From positions 1-55,099 of the IMG/VR virus record IMGVR_UViG_3300020473_000035: a stretch of DNA of 55,099 bases. One strand, given 5' to 3'. A model generated the notes under the pieces. The model did not search any database. It saw only the letters and a program-made list of their open reading frames with translations, and had not been told where the DNA came from. Position numbers and translations under genes: made by a program. Below are positions 32,332 to 41,700 of the stretch, piece by piece (the stretch's first letter is position 1; each line of letters starts with the position of its first letter). The stretch comes from a virus. Lineage: Duplodnaviria; Caudoviricetes.

Positions 32332-32958
32332 TCATATAATTTCGTCAGCGATGCCATATTCAACTGCTTGTTCTGCAGATAAATAGATGTTAACTTTTTG
32401 TTCCAGCAACTTTTTGAGTTGCTTTTTGGTCATTTTTGTTTCCTCTACTAAACGTTCTATGTACATTTCTTGCAGGTCTTGGATTGCTTCCATCTCATTA
32501 ATAAGGTTGTGAAGCGGTCCCTGGTTGCCTGCAATAACTGAATGTAGCATCACTCGGCAATTGCGACCAATCTTTCTTTTGCCCTTGGTTCCACCTGCAA
32601 GAATCAACACACCAGCCGACATAACTTTACCCATGCCGATAACGCTGATATCTGTGTCGTTCTCAATAATCTTCATCATGTCATAGAGGGCAAACATATC
32701 ATCTGCAGACCCTCCATAGGTTGATAGATAAAACTCAATGTCTTTTCTCTTCTTCTCGTCTTCTTCTGCTTTATTCATCTCGTTCATAAACAACATTGCG
32801 TGAATAATCTCGGCAATCTTCTCATCTACGATCTCGGAAAACAATCCGACAACCCGTAAATCAGGCTCTCTAGAGCCGCCAGAGGCATCCATAAGAATAA
32901 TCTTTTGCTCTTCTTCCTCTATAATACTGGCGAGCTTATCTTTTAAACGTTTAATCAT
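32332..32958 (-). CDS. clpP: ClpP-like peptidase 1
   Basis: STYGGS, GKVMSAG (Ser), VMLHS (His), YLSAEQAVEYGIADEI; start MIKRLK after AAAGGA. Confidence 0.9.
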   Translation of the reverse strand: MIKRLKDKLASIIEEEEQKIILMDASGGSREPDLRVVGLFSEIVDEKIAEIIHAMLFMNEMNKAEEDEKKRKDIEFYLSTYGGSADDMFALYDMMKIIENDTDISVIGMGKVMSAGVLILAGGTKGKRKIGRNCRVMLHSVIAGNQGPLHNLINEMEAIQDLQEMYIERLVEETKMTKKQLKKLLEQKVNIYLSAEQAVEYGIADEII

Positions 32959-32959
32959 A

Positions 32960-33364
32960 TTAATCCTTTCTGATAAATGTTTCGACTGATTCTTTGTTGC
33001 CTTCCAAGAACACCATGGCGCTCTTCCAGTCGGTGAAGTCAACTAGTTCTTTAAAGAAACTACCGTGAGCATCAATAATATTTCGTATGGAACGTGTTTT
33101 GTAAAGGTTCATTTCGTCCTCGAATTGATATAAAAATGCTTGAATGTTTTGTTCGCTAGCGTCCTCTGCCTTCATGGTTGCAAGGCGAAACTCTTTAGCA
33201 TAATGAAAGTGTTCCAGACCGCGTACAATAATAAATAGTGTCACCGATTGAGTTACCTTCAAAAGTGCTGCGCTTTTTCGCACAGCGCTCATAAAATAGA
33301 ATGTTCTGCAGGTCACGTACCCAAACAAAAAGAACAGAACATAAAACAACCATGGGTGGTCCAC
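32960..33364 (-). CDS. membrane-anchored hypothetical protein
   Basis: N-terminal TM; GGGAG RBS. Confidence 0.75.
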   Translation of the reverse strand: MDHPWLFYVLFFLFGYVTCRTFYFMSAVRKSAALLKVTQSVTLFIIVRGLEHFHYAKEFRLATMKAEDASEQNIQAFLYQFEDEMNLYKTRSIRNIIDAHGSFFKELVDFTDWKSAMVFLEGNKESVETFIRKD

Positions 33365-33377
33365 AAATCACTCCCTA

Positions 33378-33413
33378 AAATAAATAACCACCGAGATCTC
33401 TCTCAGTGGTTAT
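33378..33413 (-). terminator. intrinsic terminator
   Basis: ATAACCACTGAGA-GAGA-TCTCGGTGGTTAT followed by TTATTTT. Confidence 0.7.
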
Positions 33414-33442
33414 ATTATAACTGCTCGCAAGACCTATGTCAA
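33414..33442 (-). promoter_or_regulatory. consensus sigma70 promoter
   Basis: TTGACA-N17-TATAAT. Confidence 0.8.
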
Positions 33443-33445
33443 CAA

Positions 33446-34045
33446 TTATTTTTGGGTTAATCTATTGAAAATGCGTTCTGTAAGTTCTTCGGTCAGTTTG
33501 GCCTTTCTATTTTGTTTGACCAGACGTGCTGCAACACGCTGTGCCACCTTATTCACAAGTTGCTCTTGCATCGAGAATTCAACTTCTTCTTCCTCTGCGC
33601 CAACTTCCATATCGGGCATTGGCTCTGCTTCGGGACCATCTAGTGCAACATCACCCCCTTCTAGGTCCTCAGCTTCTTCTTCGCCAGCCTCAAGGTCAAC
33701 CTCAGTACTAACTTCTTCGCCCGTAACCTCTTCCAAAGCAGTCTCTAATGCGGCCATGAAATCATCCACAGACACCATTGCGCCTGCAGCATCCATACCC
33801 ATGTCATCTACTGGTTCTTCCATAGGTGCCTCATCAGCCATAGGCTCATCTAAGGCCACTTCGTCTTCGACAGCCACATCCCCTTCGGGTGTGTCCATCT
33901 CAACGCCAGCCTCGGCTTCCAACTCTTCATCTCTTGCACCGGGTGGATACATTTCATCCATTCTTTCAGTAGCCACTGGTGCCATGTTAGCTAATTTCAT
34001 AAAACGGCGGATTTCCGCCTCGTTCAAAAGTGTCTTGCGAGCCAT
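33446..34045 (-). CDS. highly acidic protein, prohead core/scaffold-like
   Basis: LLNEAEIRRFMKLA N-terminus, E/D-rich body; AAGGAG RBS with upstream ACTAATTAC. Confidence 0.7.
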   Translation of the reverse strand: MARKTLLNEAEIRRFMKLANMAPVATERMDEMYPPGARDEELEAEAGVEMDTPEGDVAVEDEVALDEPMADEAPMEEPVDDMGMDAAGAMVSVDDFMAALETALEEVTGEEVSTEVDLEAGEEEAEDLEGGDVALDGPEAEPMPDMEVGAEEEEVEFSMQEQLVNKVAQRVAARLVKQNRKAKLTEELTERIFNRLTQK

Positions 34046-34105
34046 TATATTTCTCCTTAAAAATGAAAACTCATCTGTAATTAGTAATTGTTTTTGATAA
34101 ACACC

Positions 34106-34369
34106 TTAAAAAGTGATCCCTTTATTTAAACAGCGCTTCCTAATCTTCGCCAGCGCTTGGGTTTCAATTTGCTTCACTCTGGCAAAAGAAATTCCCAATC
34201 GTTCAGCCACCTCTCGTAATGTCATGCGACCGTTTTCATAAATAGATATTAAAGTGCAATTTTGCTCTTCTTTATAATCAATCCAAAATCGACACTTACG
34301 ATGCTGACATCCCATCTTGTGCTTCATGCACAGTCGCGAACATTCTAATAGGCCATCTTGATATTTCAT
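34106..34369 (-). CDS. stand-alone sigma70 region-4 HTH protein with Cys-rich N-terminus
   Basis: MTLREVAERLGISFARVKQIETQALAKI. Confidence 0.8.
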   Translation of the reverse strand: MKYQDGLLECSRLCMKHKMGCQHRKCRFWIDYKEEQNCTLISIYENGRMTLREVAERLGISFARVKQIETQALAKIRKRCLNKGITF

Positions 34370-34698
34370 AATTCTGGCCCCTCTTCCTCAATCAAGTCAA
34401 AGATACTCTCCACATCTTCTTCAGAAAGTCCAAAATCTCGTATTTTTTGGCGGCCAAAATTTTGGTCTTTTTGGCTTTTTGCCTTCTTGGCCTTTGATTT
34501 GAAAGAAATTCCGTTCGTATATTCAAGAATGCGTGGGTCGTCTTCTATCAGGCCAGTTATAATATGGCGAAAAAACGCCGCCTGTGTAATACGCATATAT
34601 TTCAACTTTAATATCAACTGTGCATGACGATGATCATTCTCTGTAAAAACAATCCTTTTAGTGTTGTTGCCATAGTTTGTCTCTTGAGTCATTGCCAC
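34366..34698 (-). CDS. hypothetical protein (possible ribbon-helix-helix)
   Basis: KRIVF strand followed by two helices. Confidence 0.65.
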   Translation of the reverse strand: MAMTQETNYGNNTKRIVFTENDHRHAQLILKLKYMRITQAAFFRHIITGLIEDDPRILEYTNGISFKSKAKKAKSQKDQNFGRQKIRDFGLSEEDVESIFDLIEEEGPEL

Positions 34699-35735
34699 TT
34701 CCTATTGGTAATATGAGTGCGACTCTCCGACAATCCTGCAGACGTCTGTTCAACAAACTCGGCTTTACATTGCAATTCGAGGATATCACGAGCACCCGAA
34801 TAACTAAATCCAGAGCGCATGCCTCGTTCCAAGTCCCCAAGGATATCGTTTACGCTTCCACGATATGGGACGCGCGTTGCAACACCCTCGTGAGAATTAT
34901 AGCGTCCATGCCATTGAACCTGCGCTTCCTTGCTCGCCATCCCCCTATAGGACTTCCATTTTGTACCGTCTATATCTTCAAAAACTTGACCAGGGGTTTC
35001 GGTAGTCCCTGCAAAAAGCGACCCGCACATAACAGCATCAGCACCTGCAGCAAGCGCTTTAACAATATCGCCAGAGTTGCGTATGCCACCGTCAGCAATT
35101 ATTCTTACATTACGATCTGAACGAGAGCACTCTACGATGGTATGAAAACCAGGAACACCATGACCAGTCTGAATTCTGGTGGAACAGATGGAGCCTCCTC
35201 CAATGTTACAGCGTACACTATCCGCACCCCAATCTGCTAAGTCATTAAAGCCTTCCAGTGTTGCGACGTTGCCAGCCATGATATGTATATCATCACCCAG
35301 CACTTTGCGCAAGTTGCGCAGTGCGCTCTTCATCAAAGAATGGTGACCATGAGCCACGTCAACGCAAATAAACCTAGCAAACATGGTGCGTAGAGCTTGA
35401 GCGCGTTCCAGATAATCCCCCGTAACCCCGACGGCGCCACCAATCATCAAGTTTAAGTAACTCTCTTGCGAACACAAAGAAGATACGACACGAACATGTC
35501 GCATCTGCTCCTCAATAGTGTTATAGCGGTGAATGATGGCGGCGCCGCCACTCTTTTGCATTGCCACGCCCATTGTCGATTCAGAAATGGTATCCATAGG
35601 GGAGGCTAAAACAGGCAGCTTAAGCTTTAACCCCTTTCCCAAATCAGATTCTAGTTTAATTTCGCTGCGCGATTCGATATCCGAATACTGTGGTTTAAGC
35701 AGTACATCATCATATGATAAACCTTTCTTAAACAT
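34689..35735 (-). CDS. guaB: IMP dehydrogenase/GMP reductase family, no CBS domains
   Basis: [39 protein letters not shown]. Confidence 0.9.
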   Translation of the reverse strand: MFKKGLSYDDVLLKPQYSDIESRSEIKLESDLGKGLKLKLPVLASPMDTISESTMGVAMQKSGGAAIIHRYNTIEEQMRHVRVVSSLCSQESYLNLMIGGAVGVTGDYLERAQALRTMFARFICVDVAHGHHSLMKSALRNLRKVLGDDIHIMAGNVATLEGFNDLADWGADSVRCNIGGGSICSTRIQTGHGVPGFHTIVECSRSDRNVRIIADGGIRNSGDIVKALAAGADAVMCGSLFAGTTETPGQVFEDIDGTKWKSYRGMASKEAQVQWHGRYNSHEGVATRVPYRGSVNDILGDLERGMRSGFSYSGARDILELQCKAEFVEQTSAGLSESRTHITNRKWQ

Positions 35736-36184
35736 TAGCTCTTCTCGGAGTCATCTGTACTGACAACTTTTGTTTTCGCTGCTGCTTTGGTCTTTGTCGC
35801 CTTCTTAGGTGCGCGTTGAGCCTTCTGCTGCTGAGACTTTCTAAATGTTGGGGAGCGCTTCTGAAGCTCCTCTTCGGTGATAGGCTCAGGTGAAGGAGGA
35901 GGTGCAGCCTGACGCATATTCGCCATGGCTGCCTTCATCTCCTCTGGGGTTGGGCGGCGTTGTTGTGGGGGTGCTGCGCCCGTCGAATTAAAGTACTGCT
36001 GCATGCTCAACAGTGCTGCCTCATGCTGCGACAATAGCTGGGCATGTTTAGTAATTTCCTCCACGATACTGGAATGATCGGGAACCATCGTTGGATCTGT
36101 CAAATACAAATCCAAAAGAGCTAACGACTCCATTGCCTTTGCTCTCAATTGTGTAATTGCTGCATTGTATAGTTTGATGTTCAT
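35735..36184 (-). CDS. hypothetical protein, P/Q/K-rich tail
   Basis: 149-aa ORF, coupled. Confidence 0.75.
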   Translation of the reverse strand: MNIKLYNAAITQLRAKAMESLALLDLYLTDPTMVPDHSSIVEEITKHAQLLSQHEAALLSMQQYFNSTGAAPPQQRRPTPEEMKAAMANMRQAAPPPSPEPITEEELQKRSPTFRKSQQQKAQRAPKKATKTKAAAKTKVVSTDDSEKS

Positions 36185-36558
36185 AATGATTTCTTCTCCT
36201 TTGCAATAAATTTCTTAATATCATTAGAATAATACCATTTGTCTCTATGGGGATCCTTGGGGTCCGGCATCAGCTTTACCCTGGGGCGTGTTTCGCTTAC
36301 AAGAATTGTGCAAATGGTAGGCACACCCTCAAATCTTAATGTTCTTTGTATGCTTGGCTGATCATCTATATTGAAGGCAAAATAATGTGCCTCTTCATCC
36401 GAATCATCTTCAGCTATTTGAGCATAATCTGAATGAAGCCCGTGACAATAGTGACAATTATTCCTATAGAATTTTATTACCACAAGGGAAGGCTTTTCTT
36501 TAATCCTTCCAGCCAAAATTTGATTTAAAAATTTAGGCGACAACCTACGCACTGTCAT
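36181..36558 (-). CDS. thioredoxin-fold protein
   Basis: VIKFY..NCHYC, GVPT cis-Pro loop. Confidence 0.8.
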   Translation of the reverse strand: MTVRRLSPKFLNQILAGRIKEKPSLVVIKFYRNNCHYCHGLHSDYAQIAEDDSDEEAHYFAFNIDDQPSIQRTLRFEGVPTICTILVSETRPRVKLMPDPKDPHRDKWYYSNDIKKFIAKEKKSL

Positions 36559-36778
36559 TGGCGCCATCCTTTTTCTTTGTTTTCTTCGTCTGCGGCGGGT
36601 TGTCGATGAGATATTGCAGGCGCCTGCGTTCTTTGACGGCGCCCACGCCATCCCCCAATCTACGATCAAGAACGGCTAATTGTTCTGCAGGCGTACGGCG
36701 GCTTCTTTGTTCAACTAACTCCGCAGCGCGGTCGCGCAACTCTTCTCGGCGTGCGATGCCTCTGTTAACATTTCCCAT
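36545..36778 (-). CDS. basic hypothetical protein
   Basis: 77 aa, AGGAG RBS. Confidence 0.75.
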   Translation of the reverse strand: MGNVNRGIARREELRDRAAELVEQRSRRTPAEQLAVLDRRLGDGVGAVKERRRLQYLIDNPPQTKKTKKKDGANDSA

Positions 36779-36954
36779 TACTTTTTCTCCTTCTTTTGTG
36801 GGAGCACCTTATCTACTTCCTCTGTAGAGAGACCCATAGACTTCATCACTTTCTGTACTTCTTCGGTAATCTCATCCACATCCTTGACTTCCCATACATC
36901 ATGACGCTGCATGGGTGTAAGTTTTCCATTTTTAGAATTTTTGCGTGTAATCAT
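36778..36954 (-). CDS. small hypothetical protein (58 aa, not in ORF track)
   Basis: MITRKNSKNGKLTPMQR...; AGGAGG RBS, TAATG coupling. Confidence 0.7.
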   Translation of the reverse strand: MITRKNSKNGKLTPMQRHDVWEVKDVDEITEEVQKVMKSMGLSTEEVDKVLPQKKEKK

Positions 36955-37189
36955 CTATAACCTCCTGTGTTTTTTTGATGCATTCGGGGCAAAACAAGCG
37001 TACTGTCTGCTCCTTTACTACCACACTCCAAGAGAATACCATATCACGATTCTTCTTGTCAAACGATTTCGTGCATGCATCACATTTATCTGGGAGTTGT
37101 CCGAACAAATGCACCTTATCGGACATCACCTGTTCGGCATCTCCTTTCTTTCTTTTTCTCTCGGCGGCGCGGCGTTGCTTTCTATTCAT
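36932..37189 (-). CDS. zinc-finger protein
   Basis: MNRKQRR, CDAC...CPEC. Confidence 0.75.
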   Translation of the reverse strand: MNRKQRRAAERKRKKGDAEQVMSDKVHLFGQLPDKCDACTKSFDKKNRDMVFSWSVVVKEQTVRLFCPECIKKTQEVIDDYTQKF

Positions 37190-37671
37190 CGAACTGACAA
37201 GACCTCAAGTCGGGGCATCTCTTTCGGACTGTCTTCTTTCTTAAAGACGATGACAGCCGATGGGAACGGAGCACTATTCTCTCCATTGCCAAACTTCAAT
37301 CTTCCCTTTACAAAGTAAATCGAATGAGCCTTCATCACATAGTCATGCCAATAGCGTGTGTCAGTGCGTGCTGGAATCAAAGCGACAACTGTGGTGTCAT
37401 CTTTTTGACCTTCTTCGTATGCCTTTTTGATCCAATGTTTAATCCCTCGCCCATAAGGTGGGTTCATAAACACCACGTTCTTCGACCAATCTCGGCTAAG
37501 TCCGTCATCCTTTTCGGTAAATCGGTTTTTCACTTTATAATTGGACTCATTAGAGCACGGATCCAAAGTGAATGGTCCGAACTTCTCATCCAACTGATCA
37601 AAAAAGTGTTGTGGAGTAGCCCACTCCATCGATTTCGAACTAAACATTGTCTTCTGTGTTGCCTTATCCAT
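37186..37671 (-). CDS. phage DNA N6-adenine methyltransferase (Dam-like family)
   Basis: WATP, LDPC, MNPPY, LIPARTDTRYW, GRLKF. Confidence 0.9.
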   Translation of the reverse strand: MDKATQKTMFSSKSMEWATPQHFFDQLDEKFGPFTLDPCSNESNYKVKNRFTEKDDGLSRDWSKNVVFMNPPYGRGIKHWIKKAYEEGQKDDTTVVALIPARTDTRYWHDYVMKAHSIYFVKGRLKFGNGENSAPFPSAVIVFKKEDSPKEMPRLEVLSVR

Positions 37672-38482
37672 TATCATCTTCCTTTTGTTGTAAGTTTTTT
37701 GCGGCAAACCTTTCGTCTGCCTTTTTGTTAATCTCTATAATCTCTTCGATTTCATACGGAACTCTGCATGTTTTTTTCTCAAAAACCCAAAAATATGAAT
37801 GAAATTTTCTTGCGTGAGCTTGATTCTTGCGATGATTATGTCCAATGATACGCGACTTTGCTGTTAAGACAAACATATCACGAGGATAGAAGCCATGCTC
37901 AAGCGCACGGTTCATAATATAACAGTGAGAAAACCAATTCTTCCCAGACGATACAGTATCCTGACACTTAAATGCTAAGATGCCGCCGTCTGCGAGCACT
38001 CGATGAAACTCAGCGAGGCATTTGTCATACCACCCCCACAGATCAGACACATATCTAAACCCGTGAAAGCGCTCCCCGATTATGCCCGTAGGCTTTTTCT
38101 TGGTATGGCCAGCAACAAAGGGAGGATCAAACATAATGCTCTTAATTGTCCCGCTTTCTATTGGTAGGGCCTCTGCACTAGCTGGCAACGTATCTGGCGT
38201 CTGTGGAAAGAGGTCATACTTCAAAGGCGGATCAATGATCCCTGGCCTGTTGAAAGCTTTTCCTTTCTTGTAAGTCTTATAAAATTTTCCCTTACTGTAT
38301 GTGGGATCCAACTCAAAACCTTCGGGCACATACAATGCCTGAATATTTCGAATGATATCATGTTGATCATCAGACACTGTGCGAATGACTGGTATGCTTT
38401 CAGTTGCTTCCACTTGTTCTCCTATAGTACTGGACACTTGAACTGAATCCTTTTTCCTTTTGAACCAGTAGCATAGGTCCAT
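37664..38482 (-). CDS. DNA amino-methyltransferase (N6-A or N4-C)
   Basis: LDPTYSKG, MFDPPF, EFHRVLADGG, KCQD; start uncertain. Confidence 0.85.
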   Translation of the reverse strand: MDLCYWFKRKKDSVQVSSTIGEQVEATESIPVIRTVSDDQHDIIRNIQALYVPEGFELDPTYSKGKFYKTYKKGKAFNRPGIIDPPLKYDLFPQTPDTLPASAEALPIESGTIKSIMFDPPFVAGHTKKKPTGIIGERFHGFRYVSDLWGWYDKCLAEFHRVLADGGILAFKCQDTVSSGKNWFSHCYIMNRALEHGFYPRDMFVLTAKSRIIGHNHRKNQAHARKFHSYFWVFEKKTCRVPYEIEEIIEINKKADERFAAKNLQQKEDDNG

Positions 38483-39186
38483 GACAAACCAGTTCCAAAA
38501 CCTGCGCGACCCTCAAGAATCTTATTGACTTGCTCTTCAATGGTATAAGAACTAAAATCTCGCAACCTAAAGCACCGCGAATCAACCTTGAACATAATTG
38601 TATGATTGGCTATTCTTGTATCCGTAGAACTCTCGTCAGGAGAACCTGACAACACCCATTTAACAAGCTTCTTCTTAAAGGGGGATAGGCGGCGCTTCAA
38701 ATCCGACTTCTCGTCTGCCGTAAAAAGCTTAGCTGACGCGTCTTTCTGGTGCTTTTCCAAGAGCCGCGCTGCTTCCGCATCTCCGATACCCACCTCATCA
38801 CAAATGGTATCCGCAGAAAACTCAGCGACAGTAACGTTATTAGAATGTGACTGTTTAACAGACAGTTTAATATCCACAGCGCCGTTGATTCGCAAATGTA
38901 CATCCGTCTTCGGTTCTCCACCAGACTTTCTGCAAGGAACTGGCACTACCTCTACAGTTTTCACTGCAGTAATTCCGTATGGCTGCAAAGTACTGTGGAA
39001 AACCTTCTCCATAGTGGTCTCTGCTGGCGCCTTGGAATTATATTTACGCCAGACATCTTCAGAGGTGAATATGTTCTTCGTATATTCTTCATACAAATCG
39101 CCAAGAGCATCGGAGCGTTTCCCATACGAGAGGTTACTGATGTTGTACTTTTCGTATAAGTCTTCCAAGGTTTGTTCGCTATCCAT
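38422..39186 (-). CDS. MspI-family type II restriction endonuclease
   Basis: SDALGDLYE, GGEPKTD, SVK, KHQKDASAKLFT, GFGTGLSWTYATGSK..IQFK follow the R.MspI sequence as recalled. Confidence 0.85.
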   Translation of the reverse strand: MDSEQTLEDLYEKYNISNLSYGKRSDALGDLYEEYTKNIFTSEDVWRKYNSKAPAETTMEKVFHSTLQPYGITAVKTVEVVPVPCRKSGGEPKTDVHLRINGAVDIKLSVKQSHSNNVTVAEFSADTICDEVGIGDAEAARLLEKHQKDASAKLFTADEKSDLKRRLSPFKKKLVKWVLSGSPDESSTDTRIANHTIMFKVDSRCFRLRDFSSYTIEEQVNKILEGRAGFGTGLSWTYATGSKGKRIQFKCPVL

Positions 39187-39643
39187 CTGTACTCCCCAGG
39201 GCACCATCGCCCCTGTTGCTAATGGTCATTGGATAGTCGTATAGACCGCCCTCGCTGCGTTCAGTAGCCCTAAAATGCACTACAGGAGTCAACACCACTT
39301 GCGCAATTTTCATGCCCGCCTGGATGAACTGGGGAACAGTTCCAACGTTGTGAAGGTTGATGAACACCTCTCCATCATAGCCTGAATCAATCACGCATGC
39401 GCCCACAAGCAAACTCTTCTTGGCTGCGTTGCCAGAACGATTCTTAACCTCAAGCATATATCCATGAGGCACACCAAACTTAAGCCCTGTCCCCAGAATC
39501 ACAGACTCGCCAGGACTAACGTATACGCCTGGAGTTTGTTCGGTGCCGCGTGGACTATAGAAAACATCCAAGCCTGCGTCTGATGGATTGGCACGGTCGG
39601 GCGACTTAGCGGACCTGTGTACCTTCTTATATTCTAGAATCAC
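39179..39643 (-). CDS. dut: dUTPase (trimeric)
   Basis: AGLD, RSG, VIDSGYDGE, KIAQ, RGDGALGST. Confidence 0.95.
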   Translation of the reverse strand: MILEYKKVHRSAKSPDRANPSDAGLDVFYSPRGTEQTPGVYVSPGESVILGTGLKFGVPHGYMLEVKNRSGNAAKKSLLVGACVIDSGYDGEVFINLHNVGTVPQFIQAGMKIAQVVLTPVVHFRATERSEGGLYDYPMTISNRGDGALGSTDG

Positions 39644-39915
39644 ACTTCCTCCTTAGAATTGTCAACGATGATTCCCTTTCCATTAAACATGTTAAAGTTG
39701 TCAACGATCTCATCGATGTTGAAGTTCCCCTGGAACAGTCGGTATGCCTTGACGGCAGCCCTAATTTCATCCGTATTCAACCATGAATTATCGCGGAACT
39801 CCTTGCGCAAGTCGCGCTTTTGTTCCTTGTATGGTTCCATGGCTTCTTCGATAGCTTTAAGTGAACGGATGTATTCTTTCACATAACGCTTCTTCTCTTC
39901 ATATGTATTGGCCAT
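39640..39915 (-). CDS. small helical DNA-binding protein (T4 DsbA/GapR-like, tentative)
   Basis: YIRSLKAIEE..KEQKRDLRKEF..IRAAVK pattern. Confidence 0.55.
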   Translation of the reverse strand: MANTYEEKKRYVKEYIRSLKAIEEAMEPYKEQKRDLRKEFRDNSWLNTDEIRAAVKAYRLFQGNFNIDEIVDNFNMFNGKGIIVDNSKEEV

Positions 39916-39938
39916 TAAGCCCTCCTTTATTCTTTATT

Positions 39939-39967
39939 AATATATCAGATACAGTATTGGTTGTCAA
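39939..39967 (-). promoter_or_regulatory. sigma70-type promoter
   Basis: TTGACA-N17-TATATT. Confidence 0.65.
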
Positions 39968-40950
39968 ATGAATTCTGGAGAATCTGAAAAATAAATTTCC
40001 TGTACTGTATTTGGCAGGCTCTTAGTCAAGAATTCTCTGATCTCTTCTTCACCAGCAAAATAAAGCGTAGGATTATTAATCCCCCATTGACCCACTTGAC
40101 GGAGCACATCCATCTTGTTGAAAATAAGCTTGTTAACCCCATTCATACGAATAGCTTGTTCAAGCTGCTTAAAGTTCAACCAGTTACATTGGCGCACACG
40201 TCCCGTAGTTGCACCGAACTCTTCGCCAGCGATTTGAATCTCATTATAAATCTCTCCCCGAGGCTGGAACTGTTTCTTGCCAACGTATGTTTCGTAGATC
40301 TTGGCTACACCGTAAACGTTTCTCAATGAACGAGGATTCACCCCATTCAACAAAGCTGCAGCTACACCGCAATGACTGGATGTGACATAGGGGTAGTCTC
40401 CCCAGTCAGGATCGAGCCAGAAACCTTGTGCGCCTTCCATCAAAATGACAGGCGGTGTCTCCTGATTGTGTAGTTCTTCATAAACGTCGATTAGAAATGG
40501 TTTAAGAAAATCAATATCGGTAGCACGTACCCCGCGACGAGCGTACTTATCTCGATAAGCAGGTCCATTTCCTGATTTCGTTGTGCCGATTCTCTCGTCT
40601 TTGGAATCCTCATTGACATGTTCTTCCGTAATGATGTGTACGTTGCTGGCGATCTTGAGCGTGCGAGCCAAACTAACGCCGCGCTCTGCCAATCCCACGA
40701 TTTCATTAAATAGTTTGTTAACGTTTAAAACGCATCCAGGTCCGATGATAGAGGGAATGCCAAAGAACACGCCCGCTGGAATGTGGTGAGTAACAAACTT
40801 CTCACCTTCATGATAGATTGTATGTCCCGCATTACATCCTCCATTAAATCTAATGCAATGTGTATAATTCCCACTCTTAAGAAGGTGGTGTGTCACCTTC
40901 CCCTTGCCTTCATCTCCGTGCTGAAGACCAATAACGATGTCTGTAATCAA
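39964..40950 (-). CDS. purA: adenylosuccinate synthetase (short form)
   Basis: GDEGKGK, GGCNAGHT, EGAQG, YPYVTSS, GATTGRVR, NKMD. Confidence 0.95.
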   Translation of the reverse strand: MITDIVIGLQHGDEGKGKVTHHLLKSGNYTHCIRFNGGCNAGHTIYHEGEKFVTHHIPAGVFFGIPSIIGPGCVLNVNKLFNEIVGLAERGVSLARTLKIASNVHIITEEHVNEDSKDERIGTTKSGNGPAYRDKYARRGVRATDIDFLKPFLIDVYEELHNQETPPVILMEGAQGFWLDPDWGDYPYVTSSHCGVAAALLNGVNPRSLRNVYGVAKIYETYVGKKQFQPRGEIYNEIQIAGEEFGATTGRVRQCNWLNFKQLEQAIRMNGVNKLIFNKMDVLRQVGQWGINNPTLYFAGEEEIREFLTKSLPNTVQEIYFSDSPEFI

Positions 40951-40965
40951 GTTAGCTCCTGTATA

Positions 40966-41700
40966 TTATGGTATTGTCACTTGGAATAGTTGCTGAATAA
41001 ATTGTCTGATCAGGTTGTCCTTTACTTCATCCGAATCTGCTTCTGCAAAAAGATAATTATAACTTCTCATCTCGCCACCTATCTTCCCGCGCACTACTTC
41101 CAATTCCCTTTTCATCCAGCGTGTTTGTTGCTTATAGTTCTTAGGCAGCGGCACCTTTAATCTCTCTGCGTAATCAATAAGAATGAAGTACCTTCTCTCC
41201 TCCAGAGCAGCTTTAGCTTTAGTGAACATGTTAAGCATATCATTCTTTTCTTCCTCTGTCAAGTCCATATTGGCAAGTTTATCAGGGTGAAGATGTAAAG
41301 CCAGCTTCTTAAAGAGTTTTGAAAATATGTCGTACATGTCTCGGTCATCGGTGGGGTTGGTGCCCTGGAGCATTCCACCTGTTTCAGCATCATAGAACTG
41401 TTCTGTTGGCTCTGCTTCAGGCTCACCCTCAAAGGGAATGAGATCGGTCGATCCGCTATAGGGTACATTACCGGGGGCTTTCTGTTCTTTCTTGACACCA
41501 TAAATCTCTTGAATCCTTTCCGCATTCTGTCGGTTTAACTCAGCAATGTCTACATCGCGCTCATGACAGAATGCTTCGTAATATTCCTGAAACTCTTTGG
41601 CTGCTTCGGAGGACATCTCCGTTACAATATCAAGCTCCTCGTACATATAACGAAGTTGATTGACGAGTTTCTTCCATCTAAGTTTTTGAGCAACAGACAC
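40966..41700 (-). CDS. J-domain (DnaJ-like) protein
   Basis: FKKLALHLHPDK with HPD motif. Confidence 0.75.
   Translation of the reverse strand: MSVAQKLRWKKLVNQLRYMYEELDIVTEMSSEAAKEFQEYYEAFCHERDVDIAELNRQNAERIQEIYGVKKEQKAPGNVPYSGSTDLIPFEGEPEAEPTEQFYDAETGGMLQGTNPTDDRDMYDIFSKLFKKLALHLHPDKLANMDLTEEEKNDMLNMFTKAKAALEERRYFILIDYAERLKVPLPKNYKQQTRWMKRELEVVRGKIGGEMRSYNYLFAEADSDEVKDNLIRQFIQQLFQVTIP

Noticed and set aside
39964-40950. PurZ / 2-aminoadenine (Z) genome pathway
   Set aside because: Retains the PurA catalytic Asp (GDEGKG) rather than the PurZ Ser; no DatZ/MazZ recognised
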